In this document: piece after piece, positions 9,228 through 17,767 of the stretch
How positions within the stretch are numbered: position 1 is the first letter of the stretch
How the letters are laid out: each line of letters opens with the position of its first letter
Source: a virus
Lineage: Duplodnaviria; Caudoviricetes
IMG/VR virus record: IMGVR_UViG_3300020045_008678
Coordinates: 1-25,138 of that record
Length of the DNA: 25,138 nt
Reading direction: 5' to 3' (one strand)
Program-made: the position numbers and the translations under genes
The notes under the pieces: model-generated
The model's input: the letters and a program-made list of their open reading frames with translations, nothing else
Databases searched by the model: none
What the model was told of the DNA's origin: nothing

Positions 9228-10631
9228 ATGTCCGTAAATAAAGTAAGTAACCAACATTTACTATTCAAAGCACATCTTGAAGATTGTATCAAAATGCGTA
9301 CAGTCTTTGAGGGTGATAAAGCTATTAAAAAAAATGCTGAAACTTATGTACCTAAAAATAAAGGAGTAGATAAAGCAGATTATGATGCTATTATCCAAAG
9401 GTCAGTATTTGAGAACTTCACCGAAGCTACTGCAAAAGGAATAAGTGGATTAATATTTGCTAAAGAGCCTACAATCTCACTTCCTATATCGTTAGAATTA
9501 TTAAAAGATAATATCGATATGGACGATAATACAATCGTAGACTTATCTCAAAATATAGTTAACGAATTGATGGAAGTTGGACGATGTGGACTTTTAATTG
9601 ATGTTCCAAACATTGATACAAAAGGAATGAGTAAGCCACAAACAGACGCTTTAAACATTAGAGCATTTACTAAGCTATATAAATCAGAAACTATAATCAA
9701 TTGGCGTTATGAGTCTATTAACTCAGTTAATAAGCTTACATTGTTGGTATTGCACGAAGTTTATGAAGATTGGACTGATGATTTTACTGCTGAATATAAA
9801 AACAGATATAGAGTGTATAGATTAATCAATAATGTTTGTAATGTTGCAGTATATGAAGAAAAAGATAAAACATTTATTGCTACTATGGAATTTAAACCAG
9901 TAATGGCTAATAGAAAAACTATTAATTACATTCCGTTCATTCCATTAACTTATAAAGATATTTCAATCATTCCAGTTAAGCCACCTTTGATGGATATTGC
10001 AAATATAAACCTTAATTACTATGGTGTAGCAGTTGAAAGAAGAAATGTTATACACTTTGTAGGTAATCCATTTTTTATGGGTAAAGGTATTAATACTAGG
10101 GCAACAGATGGAAGTGACATATCTATTACTTTAGGTTCATCTATTGCACAAATATTCCAAGAAGTTAATGCTGATATGAAAATAGTAGAAACTCAAGGAA
10201 CTGGATTAGCATTTAATGAAAGTTATCTAAACGATTGTAAGTCTACTATGGCAGCATTAGGAGCTAGATTATTAGTACCAGAAGCTAATGCACAAATTAG
10301 CGAAAACACTATGCAAATGAAAACAGCTGGTTATCGTGCTACTATTATGCAAATTGCAAACACAGCTTCAAGAGCTATAACTCAAGCTTTAAAGATTATT
10401 GCTGAATGGGAAGGACAAAATCCAGATGAGGTTAAACTTGAACTTAATACAGACTATAATCTAAGTGAAATGGATGCCCAAACAATTACAGCACTTGTTA
10501 CAGCGTGGCAAATGGGAGCTATTAGACAAGAAGATATGTTTAAAAAGCTACAAAAAGGTGAGATTATTGAAAGTGAGATTAGCTTTGATGATTATAAGAG
10601 TAATTTAGAGGTAGTAAGTCCAATTTTATAA
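9228..10631 (+). CDS. Portal protein (DUF4055-type)
   Basis: 467 aa after TerL; GR.GLLID.P, E.IINW, IPF, KPPL.DIA.INL, M.ALGARLL, LNTDY motifs. Confidence 0.92.
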   Translation: MSVNKVSNQHLLFKAHLEDCIKMRTVFEGDKAIKKNAETYVPKNKGVDKADYDAIIQRSVFENFTEATAKGISGLIFAKEPTISLPISLELLKDNIDMDDNTIVDLSQNIVNELMEVGRCGLLIDVPNIDTKGMSKPQTDALNIRAFTKLYKSETIINWRYESINSVNKLTLLVLHEVYEDWTDDFTAEYKNRYRVYRLINNVCNVAVYEEKDKTFIATMEFKPVMANRKTINYIPFIPLTYKDISIIPVKPPLMDIANINLNYYGVAVERRNVIHFVGNPFFMGKGINTRATDGSDISITLGSSIAQIFQEVNADMKIVETQGTGLAFNESYLNDCKSTMAALGARLLVPEANAQISENTMQMKTAGYRATIMQIANTASRAITQALKIIAEWEGQNPDEVKLELNTDYNLSEMDAQTITALVTAWQMGAIRQEDMFKKLQKGEIIESEISFDDYKSNLEVVSPIL

Positions 10632-10651
10632 GAGGGGATTAACCCTCTTTG
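10630..10651. terminator. Hairpin between convergent genes (probable terminator)
   Basis: AAGAGGG-gattaa-CCCTCTT. Confidence 0.55.
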
Positions 10652-11064
10652 TTAGTTTTATTCTCTAATATCCATTGACAAGCTTTAAATATTGCTTCCG
10701 GTTCTGTGTCTGCATAAAATGTTTTAGTATGCCCCAAACATCCAAAAGTCAAAGTCATATACCCTAATTTTTCTCTTTTTTGTTTTTCCACATTAAATTT
10801 ATCTTCGTAACCGCTTCTCTGCCTATAATATCTATTATTTGTAGGTTTATTATCAAATCTAAATTCAAATGCCCATTCTTTACATTTATTAGCTAATTCG
10901 TATATGTTTATACTTCTGTTACAAAAAGTTTTACCGCTCCATTGATTTTTTGAAACTTTATTGTATTCATATCCTATGATATTTTTTTGTTTCATTTGAC
11001 ATGAAATAGTCTCTATTTTTAAAACTTTGCTTAATAACTCTTTAGTAATTATATTTTCCATCAT
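10639..11064 (-). CDS. Interleaved paralog family member B
   Basis: ITKELLSKVL / INIYELANKCKEWA / FYADTEPEAIFKACQWIL. Confidence 0.8.
   Translation of the reverse strand: MMENIITKELLSKVLKIETISCQMKQKNIIGYEYNKVSKNQWSGKTFCNRSINIYELANKCKEWAFEFRFDNKPTNNRYYRQRSGYEDKFNVEKQKREKLGYMTLTFGCLGHTKTFYADTEPEAIFKACQWILENKTNKEG
10664..10698 (-). repeat. 35-bp inverted repeat, right arm
   Basis: Exact reverse complement of 9127-9161. Confidence 0.9.
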
Positions 11065-11076
11065 ACCGCCCTTTTT

Positions 11077-11107
11077 TTAATCTTTTTCTTACCCAAACTA
11101 TACCAAA
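11077..11107. repeat. 31-bp direct repeat copy 1 (-10 and leader of minus-strand cassette)
   Basis: TTAATCTTTTTCTTACCCAAACTATACCAAA identical to 13430-13460. Confidence 0.9.
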
Positions 11108-11176
11108 ACCAAATCCACAAATCAACTATTTAGCTATAATATAAATATAAATTTACATAATGTGTAAAAAGGTAAC
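11097..11176 (-). promoter_or_regulatory. Box-class promoter 5 (leftward)
   Basis: Minus strand GTTAC-CTTTT-TACAC (11176-11162), TTGATT (11125-11120), TG-g-TATAGT (11102-11097); spacing 74 bp. Confidence 0.75.
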
Positions 11177-11242
11177 TGATTAATGCAAAGTTTTAGATTA
11201 GATAGGGAATATGTAGATATTCTTTGGGTTTTATTGTAAAAT
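11162..11242 (+). promoter_or_regulatory. Box-class promoter 6 (rightward, shares box with promoter 5)
   Basis: Box 11162-11176, TAGATA (11214-11219), TAAAAT (11237-11242); spacing 75 bp. Confidence 0.6.
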
Positions 11243-11269
11243 TGGATAAATTAAATAAGGGGTTTAAAT

Positions 11270-11653
11270 ATGCAAATATCAAAAGAATTAATATCAGAAT
11301 CAGTTCCTTTTGAAAATTTAATAAATAGAGAGTGGAACTACAAGATAATAGATAACATTTTAATAATTACATATAATATAAATAAATATTTTGATGGGAA
11401 TACTAAGCAAATAAATATTTATGAATTTGTATTTAAGTTAAAAGAATGGGCTATAAATGAGGGATATACTATCATTAGTGGTTATGATAATGATTATATG
11501 GGTGAAAAATATAATAAGAGAGTATTTGGATATTGTTGCCAAATTCAAGATAAAGAGTTTAACATAAAAGATTTTTATGAAGATAATGAAATAAATGCAA
11601 TTATTAAAGCTTGTCAATACATATTCAATAAAAGGTTAATATGCAAAATCTAA
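11270..11653 (+). CDS. Interleaved paralog family member C
   Basis: MQISKELISE / INIYEFVFKLKEWA / FYEDNEINAIIKACQYIF; AAGGGG RBS. Confidence 0.8.
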   Translation: MQISKELISESVPFENLINREWNYKIIDNILIITYNINKYFDGNTKQINIYEFVFKLKEWAINEGYTIISGYDNDYMGEKYNKRVFGYCCQIQDKEFNIKDFYEDNEINAIIKACQYIFNKRLICKI

Positions 11654-12684
11654 CAGATGAAATAAAAGACCTACTACTAACTAGAAGCTTACTCCTCCAA
11701 AGGGTAAGCAATAGTCTAACTAAAGACATAATCAATGCCTATGTATCAGTAATCGATGATATACTAGCTCAAATTGCAACGGGTAAAAACATTAACTTAG
11801 CGAATATGAATAAAATCATAAATGAACTTAACGCAAAGCTAACGCCTAATTTAACAAGTGTAAATGATGATTTAGTTCAACTTGGAATTAGTGAAGCAAG
11901 TTATGTAGCGAATGGGATTAATGGAGCTATTGGTATTGATTTAGTTAGTAAACTACCAACTGATAGAACCGTGCAAAAGATAGTTAATACTTCTTTGATG
12001 GACGGATTGACTCTGTCTAGTTGGTTAGAAGATAAAGATAATAAGCTAAAAATGTTATTAAAAGATAATATTCAACAAGGCGTTATTCAAGGCGAAACAA
12101 TACCTCAAATAGTATCAAGATTGAAAGGTGTATTAACTATTAACAAAGAAGGAGTAAAGGCTTTAGCTATTACAGCAGTTGCAACAGTAACTAATCAAGT
12201 AAGAATGCAGACATACAAAGAAAATGAAGACATATTTAAAGGATATGAACATAATTCAACTTTAGACAAATCTACAACTTTAATTTGTAGTAGTAGAGAT
12301 GGAGCTTTTTGGGATTTAAACGGAAAAGGATTAAATGCAAAAGGCAAACAGTTTAAATTTATGATTACTCCGTTACATTTTCGATGTAGAAGTTTAATTT
12401 TACCTATTGTTAAATCATTCAAAGAGTTAGGAATTCCACTTGATGAAGTTCCAATCGGTACAAGGTCATCTATGGACGGATATGTTTCAAGAGATACAAC
12501 CTTTGAAAAATGGTTTGAGGGTAAACCTAAATCATTCCAAGAAGAGTATTTAGGAGTTCAGCGATATAAATTATTCAAAGATGGTGTGATTAATTTTAGT
12601 GATTTAGTTAATCAGAATGGAAGAATGTTAACGGTTGGAGAGCTAAAATTAAAATATATTATAAAATCAGCAAGACCTAAATAA
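11641..12684 (+). CDS. Minor head morphogenesis protein (SPP1 gp7/Mu F family)
   Basis: STLD..TTLIC.SRDG and PLHFRCRS motifs; RSSMDG.V; follows portal. Confidence 0.9.
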   Translation: MQNLTDEIKDLLLTRSLLLQRVSNSLTKDIINAYVSVIDDILAQIATGKNINLANMNKIINELNAKLTPNLTSVNDDLVQLGISEASYVANGINGAIGIDLVSKLPTDRTVQKIVNTSLMDGLTLSSWLEDKDNKLKMLLKDNIQQGVIQGETIPQIVSRLKGVLTINKEGVKALAITAVATVTNQVRMQTYKENEDIFKGYEHNSTLDKSTTLICSSRDGAFWDLNGKGLNAKGKQFKFMITPLHFRCRSLILPIVKSFKELGIPLDEVPIGTRSSMDGYVSRDTTFEKWFEGKPKSFQEEYLGVQRYKLFKDGVINFSDLVNQNGRMLTVGELKLKYIIKSARPK

Positions 12685-12789
12685 GGATTATGTTTAAGAG
12701 GAATATAGTTAATATACTTCTCTTATGATATAATATAATTTAACAAACGATAATCCTCTGCTTTGAAATATTGCATTTCTTAATTACGA

Positions 12790-13116
12790 TTATCTTTTAT
12801 TATTTCTTATCCATTCGCAAACTTTAAATATGCTTATTGGTGATGATAATTGCCAACTTATTCCGTAATCGTAAATATCATCTAGCCCATTTGAATACGC
12901 CTTACAAGTCCATAGTTCATCTTCATCAATATCTATATAATCAATTATTGTATATCCATGTTTATTAGCCCAAGTCTTGCAATCATTTGCCAATATATAC
13001 TTATTGATAATTATTGCTGGATTATTAAATCTTGAGATAAAAATATTTTCTTCTCCTTGTATATGTGCAACATCATCATATCCATATATATCACTTACTA
13101 ATTCATTACTAATCAT
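12790..13116 (-). CDS. Interleaved paralog family member D (divergent)
   Basis: MISNELVSDI / INKYILANDCKTWANKHGYTII / SIFKVCEWI. Confidence 0.75.
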   Translation of the reverse strand: MISNELVSDIYGYDDVAHIQGEENIFISRFNNPAIIINKYILANDCKTWANKHGYTIIDYIDIDEDELWTCKAYSNGLDDIYDYGISWQLSSPISIFKVCEWIRNNKR

Positions 13117-13418
13117 TTTGTTTCTCCTTGTGTATTAAACCATTCTTTTAAATATGCCATATGTTCTATACAATCACATAAATCTCTACCAACTTTTATT
13201 ATTTCATATTTTCCATCGTTTTCAAAATTAATTTTGTCAATACTCCAAGCTTGTGAGTCATTGTCATCTCCAATACTAAACCATATACCATTAAGTGAAA
13301 TCACTTCTTGTATTCTATTTCTTACATCTGATTTTGTTATTCTAAATATAATTGATATTTCTCTTCCTGATACTATTTCTATTGCTTTTTTAAAATCTGA
13401 ATAACCTAACTGTTTCAT
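13113..13418 (-). CDS. Accessory hypothetical protein
   Basis: AAGGA RBS; ATGA-coupled to paralog D. Confidence 0.7.
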   Translation of the reverse strand: MKQLGYSDFKKAIEIVSGREISIIFRITKSDVRNRIQEVISLNGIWFSIGDDNDSQAWSIDKINFENDGKYEIIKVGRDLCDCIEHMAYLKEWFNTQGETK

Positions 13419-13429
13419 TTTAAATATCC

Positions 13430-13460
13430 TTAATCTTTTTCTTACCCAAACTATACCAAA
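13430..13460. repeat. 31-bp direct repeat copy 2
   Basis: Identical to 11077-11107. Confidence 0.9.
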
Positions 13461-13530
13461 CTAAAACAAAATTTACCAAACATTCCACAAAATAAAAATA
13501 TAAATTAATCTAACTGTAACAATTAGTTAC
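13450..13530 (-). promoter_or_regulatory. Box-class promoter 7 (leftward)
   Basis: Palindromic TGTAAC-AATTA-GTTACA (13515-13531); TG-g-TATAGT (13455-13450); spacing 75 bp. Confidence 0.75.
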
Positions 13531-13538
13531 AAAGATTA

Positions 13539-13547
13539 TGATATAAT
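13539..13547 (+). promoter_or_regulatory. Extended -10 promoter for scaffold/capsid genes
   Basis: TG-a-TATAAT 59 bp before scaffold ATG. Confidence 0.6.
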
Positions 13548-13605
13548 TATCGTAATTCGTTGATTTAGTAATTAATGAAAATAACCTTTTGTAAGGAATA
13601 CGCGT

Positions 13606-14169
13606 ATGACATTGGAAGAGCTACAAGCATTAGTTGAAGAGTTAAAAGATGGTAATTCAAAGTTATCTGAAAATAACAAACTTCTTAATACTCAACTAAA
13701 TAAAGAGAGAAATAAAAACAAAGAGCTTAATTTAGAAGATTTTAATAAACTAACTGAAAAAGTAGAACAATTAGAGTCGGAAAATTCTAAATTAAATGGA
13801 ACTATCAAGCTAAAAGATATCGAAGTACAAAAGCTTAGTACATCATTTCAAGAAGCAAACGGGAAGTTAGAGCAATTATCTTATGATGATGCAATAACTA
13901 AAGTAGTTGATAGTTTAAAATTAGCTGGAAATAAACAAGCAGCTAAAAAGCTATTAAAAGCTGATGCAACATTTAAAGATGGTGTATTAAGCTTTGGCGA
14001 TAAGAATGTTGAGGATTATCTAAAAGACTGGACTTCGCCAACTGGTGAGGGATATTCATATTTAGAGGGAACTCAACATAATGGTGGTGGTTCTAATGGT
14101 GGTGGGAATCCTCATCCAAGCGACCAACCAAAAACAAGAACTGAAGCTTATGCTGAAATGTTCAAATAA
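13606..14169 (+). CDS. Capsid scaffolding protein
   Basis: Coiled coil then GGGSNGGG linker and short C-terminal helix; directly upstream of capsid. Confidence 0.85.
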   Translation: MTLEELQALVEELKDGNSKLSENNKLLNTQLNKERNKNKELNLEDFNKLTEKVEQLESENSKLNGTIKLKDIEVQKLSTSFQEANGKLEQLSYDDAITKVVDSLKLAGNKQAAKKLLKADATFKDGVLSFGDKNVEDYLKDWTSPTGEGYSYLEGTQHNGGGSNGGGNPHPSDQPKTRTEAYAEMFK

Positions 14170-14186
14170 AATAAAAAGGTACTAAA

Positions 14187-15116
14187 ATGGCAGTTAAAAA
14201 TATTTATAGAGATATTGCTTTACAAGAAGCTAAAACTCAAAGTGTAATGATAGACCAATTCTTAGAAGAAGCTCCAATCGTTGCAATGATGCCTATGGAA
14301 GCATCAACTCATGGATTATCTAATCTATTCGAAGAAGTATCAAGTGTTACTGGTGCTGGGATGGTTGATATTGACGATGAATTACCAACAGTAGACGCTC
14401 AAACAGAATTAAAACAAACTGATTTATCTATCTTAGGTGGAACAATGTTTGTAGGTGAAGATAAAGCTAAAAAACTAGGTGGTGCTGCTGCTTATTTTGC
14501 TAAAAAAGAAGCTTTAATCTTAAGAAAAACTGGTGAAGATGTAGAAAAAGCAATTATCTATAATAACATTAGAGCTTATTCTATTACAGAAGGAAAAGCT
14601 GAATCAGCTGGTGGAAGTTCAAACATTAACTATTCAATCTTAGCTGTTACTTGGACTCCGGGCGAAATTACTGGGCTATACGACCCAAATGGTTTTGGTA
14701 ATGGAAAAGTATTTGATATTTTACCTATCAATGGTGGTGCAGTTTATGAAAAACTTATTAATGGTAAAAACATATTAGGTTATGGTGTTAGATTAAAATC
14801 TTATTTAGGTATTCAGTTAGCTAATAAAAGATATGTTTCTTCAATCGTGAACATTGACTTAGATTCAGGAACTCCAAAGCCTCCAACAGAAAGAATGATG
14901 GATAATGTTCTTTTACAAGCAAGAGCCAACAGTTCAACTGTTTTATATATGCACCCAAGAGTATTAACAGAGCTTTTTAATTATAAAGCTTCAAGACTTC
15001 AAATGGTTGTTAATCAAAATGATGTTAATAGAACAGTTGCTTACTGGAATGGAACTCCTATTGTAACTTCTTACAACTTCTTAGATGCTTTAGAAGGTAA
15101 TGTTACAATCGCATAA
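14187..15116 (+). CDS. Major capsid protein (Bordetella phage BPP-1 Bbp17-like)
   Basis: 309 aa; AGG.....SI..V.W.P, GY....K..LG..L...RYV..I.N.D, YM, W.G.P motifs. Confidence 0.85.
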   Translation: MAVKNIYRDIALQEAKTQSVMIDQFLEEAPIVAMMPMEASTHGLSNLFEEVSSVTGAGMVDIDDELPTVDAQTELKQTDLSILGGTMFVGEDKAKKLGGAAAYFAKKEALILRKTGEDVEKAIIYNNIRAYSITEGKAESAGGSSNINYSILAVTWTPGEITGLYDPNGFGNGKVFDILPINGGAVYEKLINGKNILGYGVRLKSYLGIQLANKRYVSSIVNIDLDSGTPKPPTERMMDNVLLQARANSSTVLYMHPRVLTELFNYKASRLQMVVNQNDVNRTVAYWNGTPIVTSYNFLDALEGNVTIA

Positions 15117-15119
15117 GTT

Positions 15120-15139
15120 GAGTGGATTAATTTCCACTC
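15120..15139 (+). other. Intergenic hairpin after capsid gene
   Basis: GAGTGGA-ttaatt-TCCACTC, no long U tract. Confidence 0.5.
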
Positions 15140-15166
15140 TTAAATAAATTAAAACAAGGAAATAAA

Positions 15167-15577
15167 ATGGCTATTGGAAAAATATCAGAAGAGCTTAAGT
15201 CTGCTCAGGATTATTTATTTAACGATGCAACAGTTACAGCAAATGCAACTTTAACTGGCGATGCAAACTTAGTTGGTGGTGCTCAGGCTGCACTTGAAAT
15301 CGTAGTAAATGTAGGAAGTGTAGCTATTGCTTTAGCTGATACAAAAGTATTAACTATCTCTTTAACTGGAAGTGATACAGAAGGTGGAAGTTTTACAGCT
15401 TTAGAAACTTTATACACGGTTGCAGCATCAGGAGCTACAACTTTAGCAGCTGGTACAGAATTAGCTAGATATGTAGTTAAACCATCAGACCCACTTTATG
15501 TTAAAGCAGTAGCAGTAAACAATGATGCAACTTTAACTGGTAAAATCGAAGCATATATTAGATACATAGCGAGATAG
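15167..15577 (+). CDS. Capsid cement/decoration protein (Bbp16-like)
   Basis: Ala/Thr/Val-rich beta protein after capsid; LAAG and LTGKI.AYI motifs. Confidence 0.7.
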   Translation: MAIGKISEELKSAQDYLFNDATVTANATLTGDANLVGGAQAALEIVVNVGSVAIALADTKVLTISLTGSDTEGGSFTALETLYTVAASGATTLAAGTELARYVVKPSDPLYVKAVAVNNDATLTGKIEAYIRYIAR

Positions 15578-15579
15578 TT

Positions 15580-15714
15580 ATGAGTATCTATTTATGCTCT
15601 GTTTGCAATAAGTTTCACGAAACAAAAGCTGAAATGAAAAATTGTAAGCATACAAAAGAAGTAGAGAAAGTTAAAGTTTTAGAAGATAAAAAAGCTAAAA
15701 CTAAAGAAAAATAG
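15580..15714 (+). CDS. Small zinc-finger-like protein (44 aa)
   Basis: MSIYLCSVCNKFHETKAEMKNCKH...; lies between cement gene and terminator. Confidence 0.6.
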   Translation: MSIYLCSVCNKFHETKAEMKNCKHTKEVEKVKVLEDKKAKTKEK

Positions 15715-15746
15715 TTTATAATCTGATTATATTTTCTATTAAAGAT

Positions 15747-15773
15747 AAGGGAGTTTAATCGCTCCCTTTTTTT
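15747..15773 (+). terminator. Rho-independent terminator
   Basis: AAGGGAGT-ttaatc-GCTCCCTT followed by T tract. Confidence 0.85.
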
Positions 15774-15819
15774 ATGCCCGTAATTATGTTAAAATAAGAA
15801 TAAAATATAAAGGGCTAAA

Positions 15820-16287
15820 ATGCTGATAATTGAGTCTGGAAATGGTGATTCTAATAGTGAAACATACAACGGAACTGATTTTATAGATGCTTACTTTTTA
15901 AAACGAGGTATTACCGAATGGGCTACACTTACAAATAAAGAAGCATTGGAAGTTCGAGGAATGGACTTTTTAGAGAATAACTATACTTACTTAGGTACTA
16001 AGCTAGTATCTACTCAGGCTTTATCTTTTCCCCGTGTTATCAATGGAGAAACTGTTTTGCCTCCACTGGCCTTAAAAAATGCACTTTGTGAATTAGCTTT
16101 AAAGGCAAATAGTGGGGATTTACTACAAGATACTGGCAAAACTACAATTAGAGAAAAAGTAGGTACATTAGAAGTTGAATACGACTCTAATCAAGATGAT
16201 TTAACCTCTTACAATTATGTAGATAAACTATTAGCTCCGTATTTAGTTTCAACAAGTTCATTTAGTTATTCTATTTCAAGAGTTTAG
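15820..16287 (+). CDS. Head-tail adaptor (DnaT-like annotated family)
   Basis: DAYF..RG...W, QAL.FPR, LKNA.CELAL, REKVG.LEVEY motifs. Confidence 0.85.
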   Translation: MLIIESGNGDSNSETYNGTDFIDAYFLKRGITEWATLTNKEALEVRGMDFLENNYTYLGTKLVSTQALSFPRVINGETVLPPLALKNALCELALKANSGDLLQDTGKTTIREKVGTLEVEYDSNQDDLTSYNYVDKLLAPYLVSTSSFSYSISRV

Positions 16288-16334
16288 AATAACTTTAATG
16301 ATATAATTTGATATTAAATTAAAGGGGTTTAAAA

Positions 16335-16637
16335 ATGAGAGAATATGATATAAGTACAAAAAAAGAATATAAAGACATAAATCAGGATTTAATTTGTAGA
16401 TTTATATCTATGAAAGTTGTTCAAAAATATAAAGATATTGAATCTTTAAAAATGGGTTTTAAAAGAGATGTAACTGAATATCAACTTGATTATGGAGAAG
16501 TTGAAAAGGTATTAGGTTGCATTTATATAGAAATTGATTTTATATATAAAGGCAAATCAAGAGATATGAATTTTAGTTATTATAATGAAATTCAAGTAAT
16601 TAGAGATATAATTGAATATTTTAATAATTTAAAGTAA
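16335..16637 (+). CDS. Accessory hypothetical protein
   Basis: Own TG-a-TATAAT (16299-16307) and AAGGGG RBS. Confidence 0.7.
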   Translation: MREYDISTKKEYKDINQDLICRFISMKVVQKYKDIESLKMGFKRDVTEYQLDYGEVEKVLGCIYIEIDFIYKGKSRDMNFSYYNEIQVIRDIIEYFNNLK

Positions 16638-16648
16638 AAGGTTTTAAA

Positions 16649-17080
16649 ATGAATATAGATTTAGATGAAGAGTTAAAAAAATTTAAGTTAGATGCAATAG
16701 TTGAAGATTTATATCTTGGAGAAAATCATAAAAAAATAATAATAGTATTTTATATAGAAATAGAATTAGATACTATTGGTTCTTTTATGCAATTAATGAA
16801 ACATAGTGAAGATATTAACTTTAAAGGACTTGTATATAAATTTCATAATTATAAAGTTTCAGACCTTGTAAGTACAAGCTTAGAGAAAAAATATAGAATG
16901 TTAGAGTTTTTCATACTAGAAAAAGACAAAAGAGGGGATAATGTACAATCTTGCAAAAGTTGTAAAGGTGTAGGATTAATTAATGGTGGTGGATATACTG
17001 TTGATTGCAAAATACTAAGTAAACTTAAAGACCTAGTAGATTATGAAAATTTTTGCTGTTCTGAATATAAAGAAAGATAA
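16649..17080 (+). CDS. Accessory hypothetical protein with Cys-rich C-terminus
   Basis: CKSC...C...CC motif. Confidence 0.65.
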   Translation: MNIDLDEELKKFKLDAIVEDLYLGENHKKIIIVFYIEIELDTIGSFMQLMKHSEDINFKGLVYKFHNYKVSDLVSTSLEKKYRMLEFFILEKDKRGDNVQSCKSCKGVGLINGGGYTVDCKILSKLKDLVDYENFCCSEYKER

Positions 17081-17091
17081 GGGATTATAAA

Positions 17092-17409
17092 ATGGGTATA
17101 TTAAAATGTGAAATAAATATGGAAGATATTAGCACTAAAGAAATATTTGACATAATTGTAGATGGTTTCGATGAACTATCAGTTAGGCTAAATGATGATA
17201 ATGTAAGTAATAAAAAAAAGAAAAAGATAATTAAGTTTATTGCTAAATATTTAAATGAAGATGATGTTAATAAGAATTTAGATGTTGCTTTAAAGAATGG
17301 CGTAATTACTAGGGAATATTATCTAGAAAAACAAATAGAAGAGTTATATAAACAAGGCTTAATCGATGAAAAATGTTATAAATGGGCTTTAGAGGCTGTA
17401 AATGACTAG
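17092..17409 (+). CDS. Accessory hypothetical protein
   Basis: AAGGGA RBS; 105 aa. Confidence 0.65.
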   Translation: MGILKCEINMEDISTKEIFDIIVDGFDELSVRLNDDNVSNKKKKKIIKFIAKYLNEDDVNKNLDVALKNGVITREYYLEKQIEELYKQGLIDEKCYKWALEAVND

Positions 17410-17767
17410 CAATGACAAATGGGCTTTACCTTTAGCTACTAAACTAATTAAAAAAAGTGGAAAGCTAGTTATATATAGAAAAGTAGTAGAGGGAAGTTAT
17501 GACGGAGAAGCAGACATTAGTATAATTGGTTCAACTACTGATTATCCAATTAAAGCACTAATACAAAAGCCTGATATTAGATTGATAGATAACAACTTGA
17601 TTAAATCTACAAGCTTAGTTTTAATGATTGCTAGCAGTGATATAACTTTTAATATTGAGTTACAAGACACTATCTTGATTGAGTCAATAGTATATAAAGT
17701 ATCTGTGATTAATCCTACTTATAGTGGCGAAATGATTGCTTATTATGAATTAGTGGTTAATATTTAA
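17402..17767 (+). CDS. Head closure/head-tail joining protein
   Basis: A.KLI.K.G..V..R, ID..LI...., D.I.I....YKV..INP pattern; synteny. Confidence 0.75.
   Translation: MTSNDKWALPLATKLIKKSGKLVIYRKVVEGSYDGEADISIIGSTTDYPIKALIQKPDIRLIDNNLIKSTSLVLMIASSDITFNIELQDTILIESIVYKVSVINPTYSGEMIAYYELVVNI

Noticed and set aside
8830-13116. Diversity-generating retroelement template/variable repeats
   Set aside because: No reverse transcriptase in the window, and paralog differences are not adenine-specific substitutions
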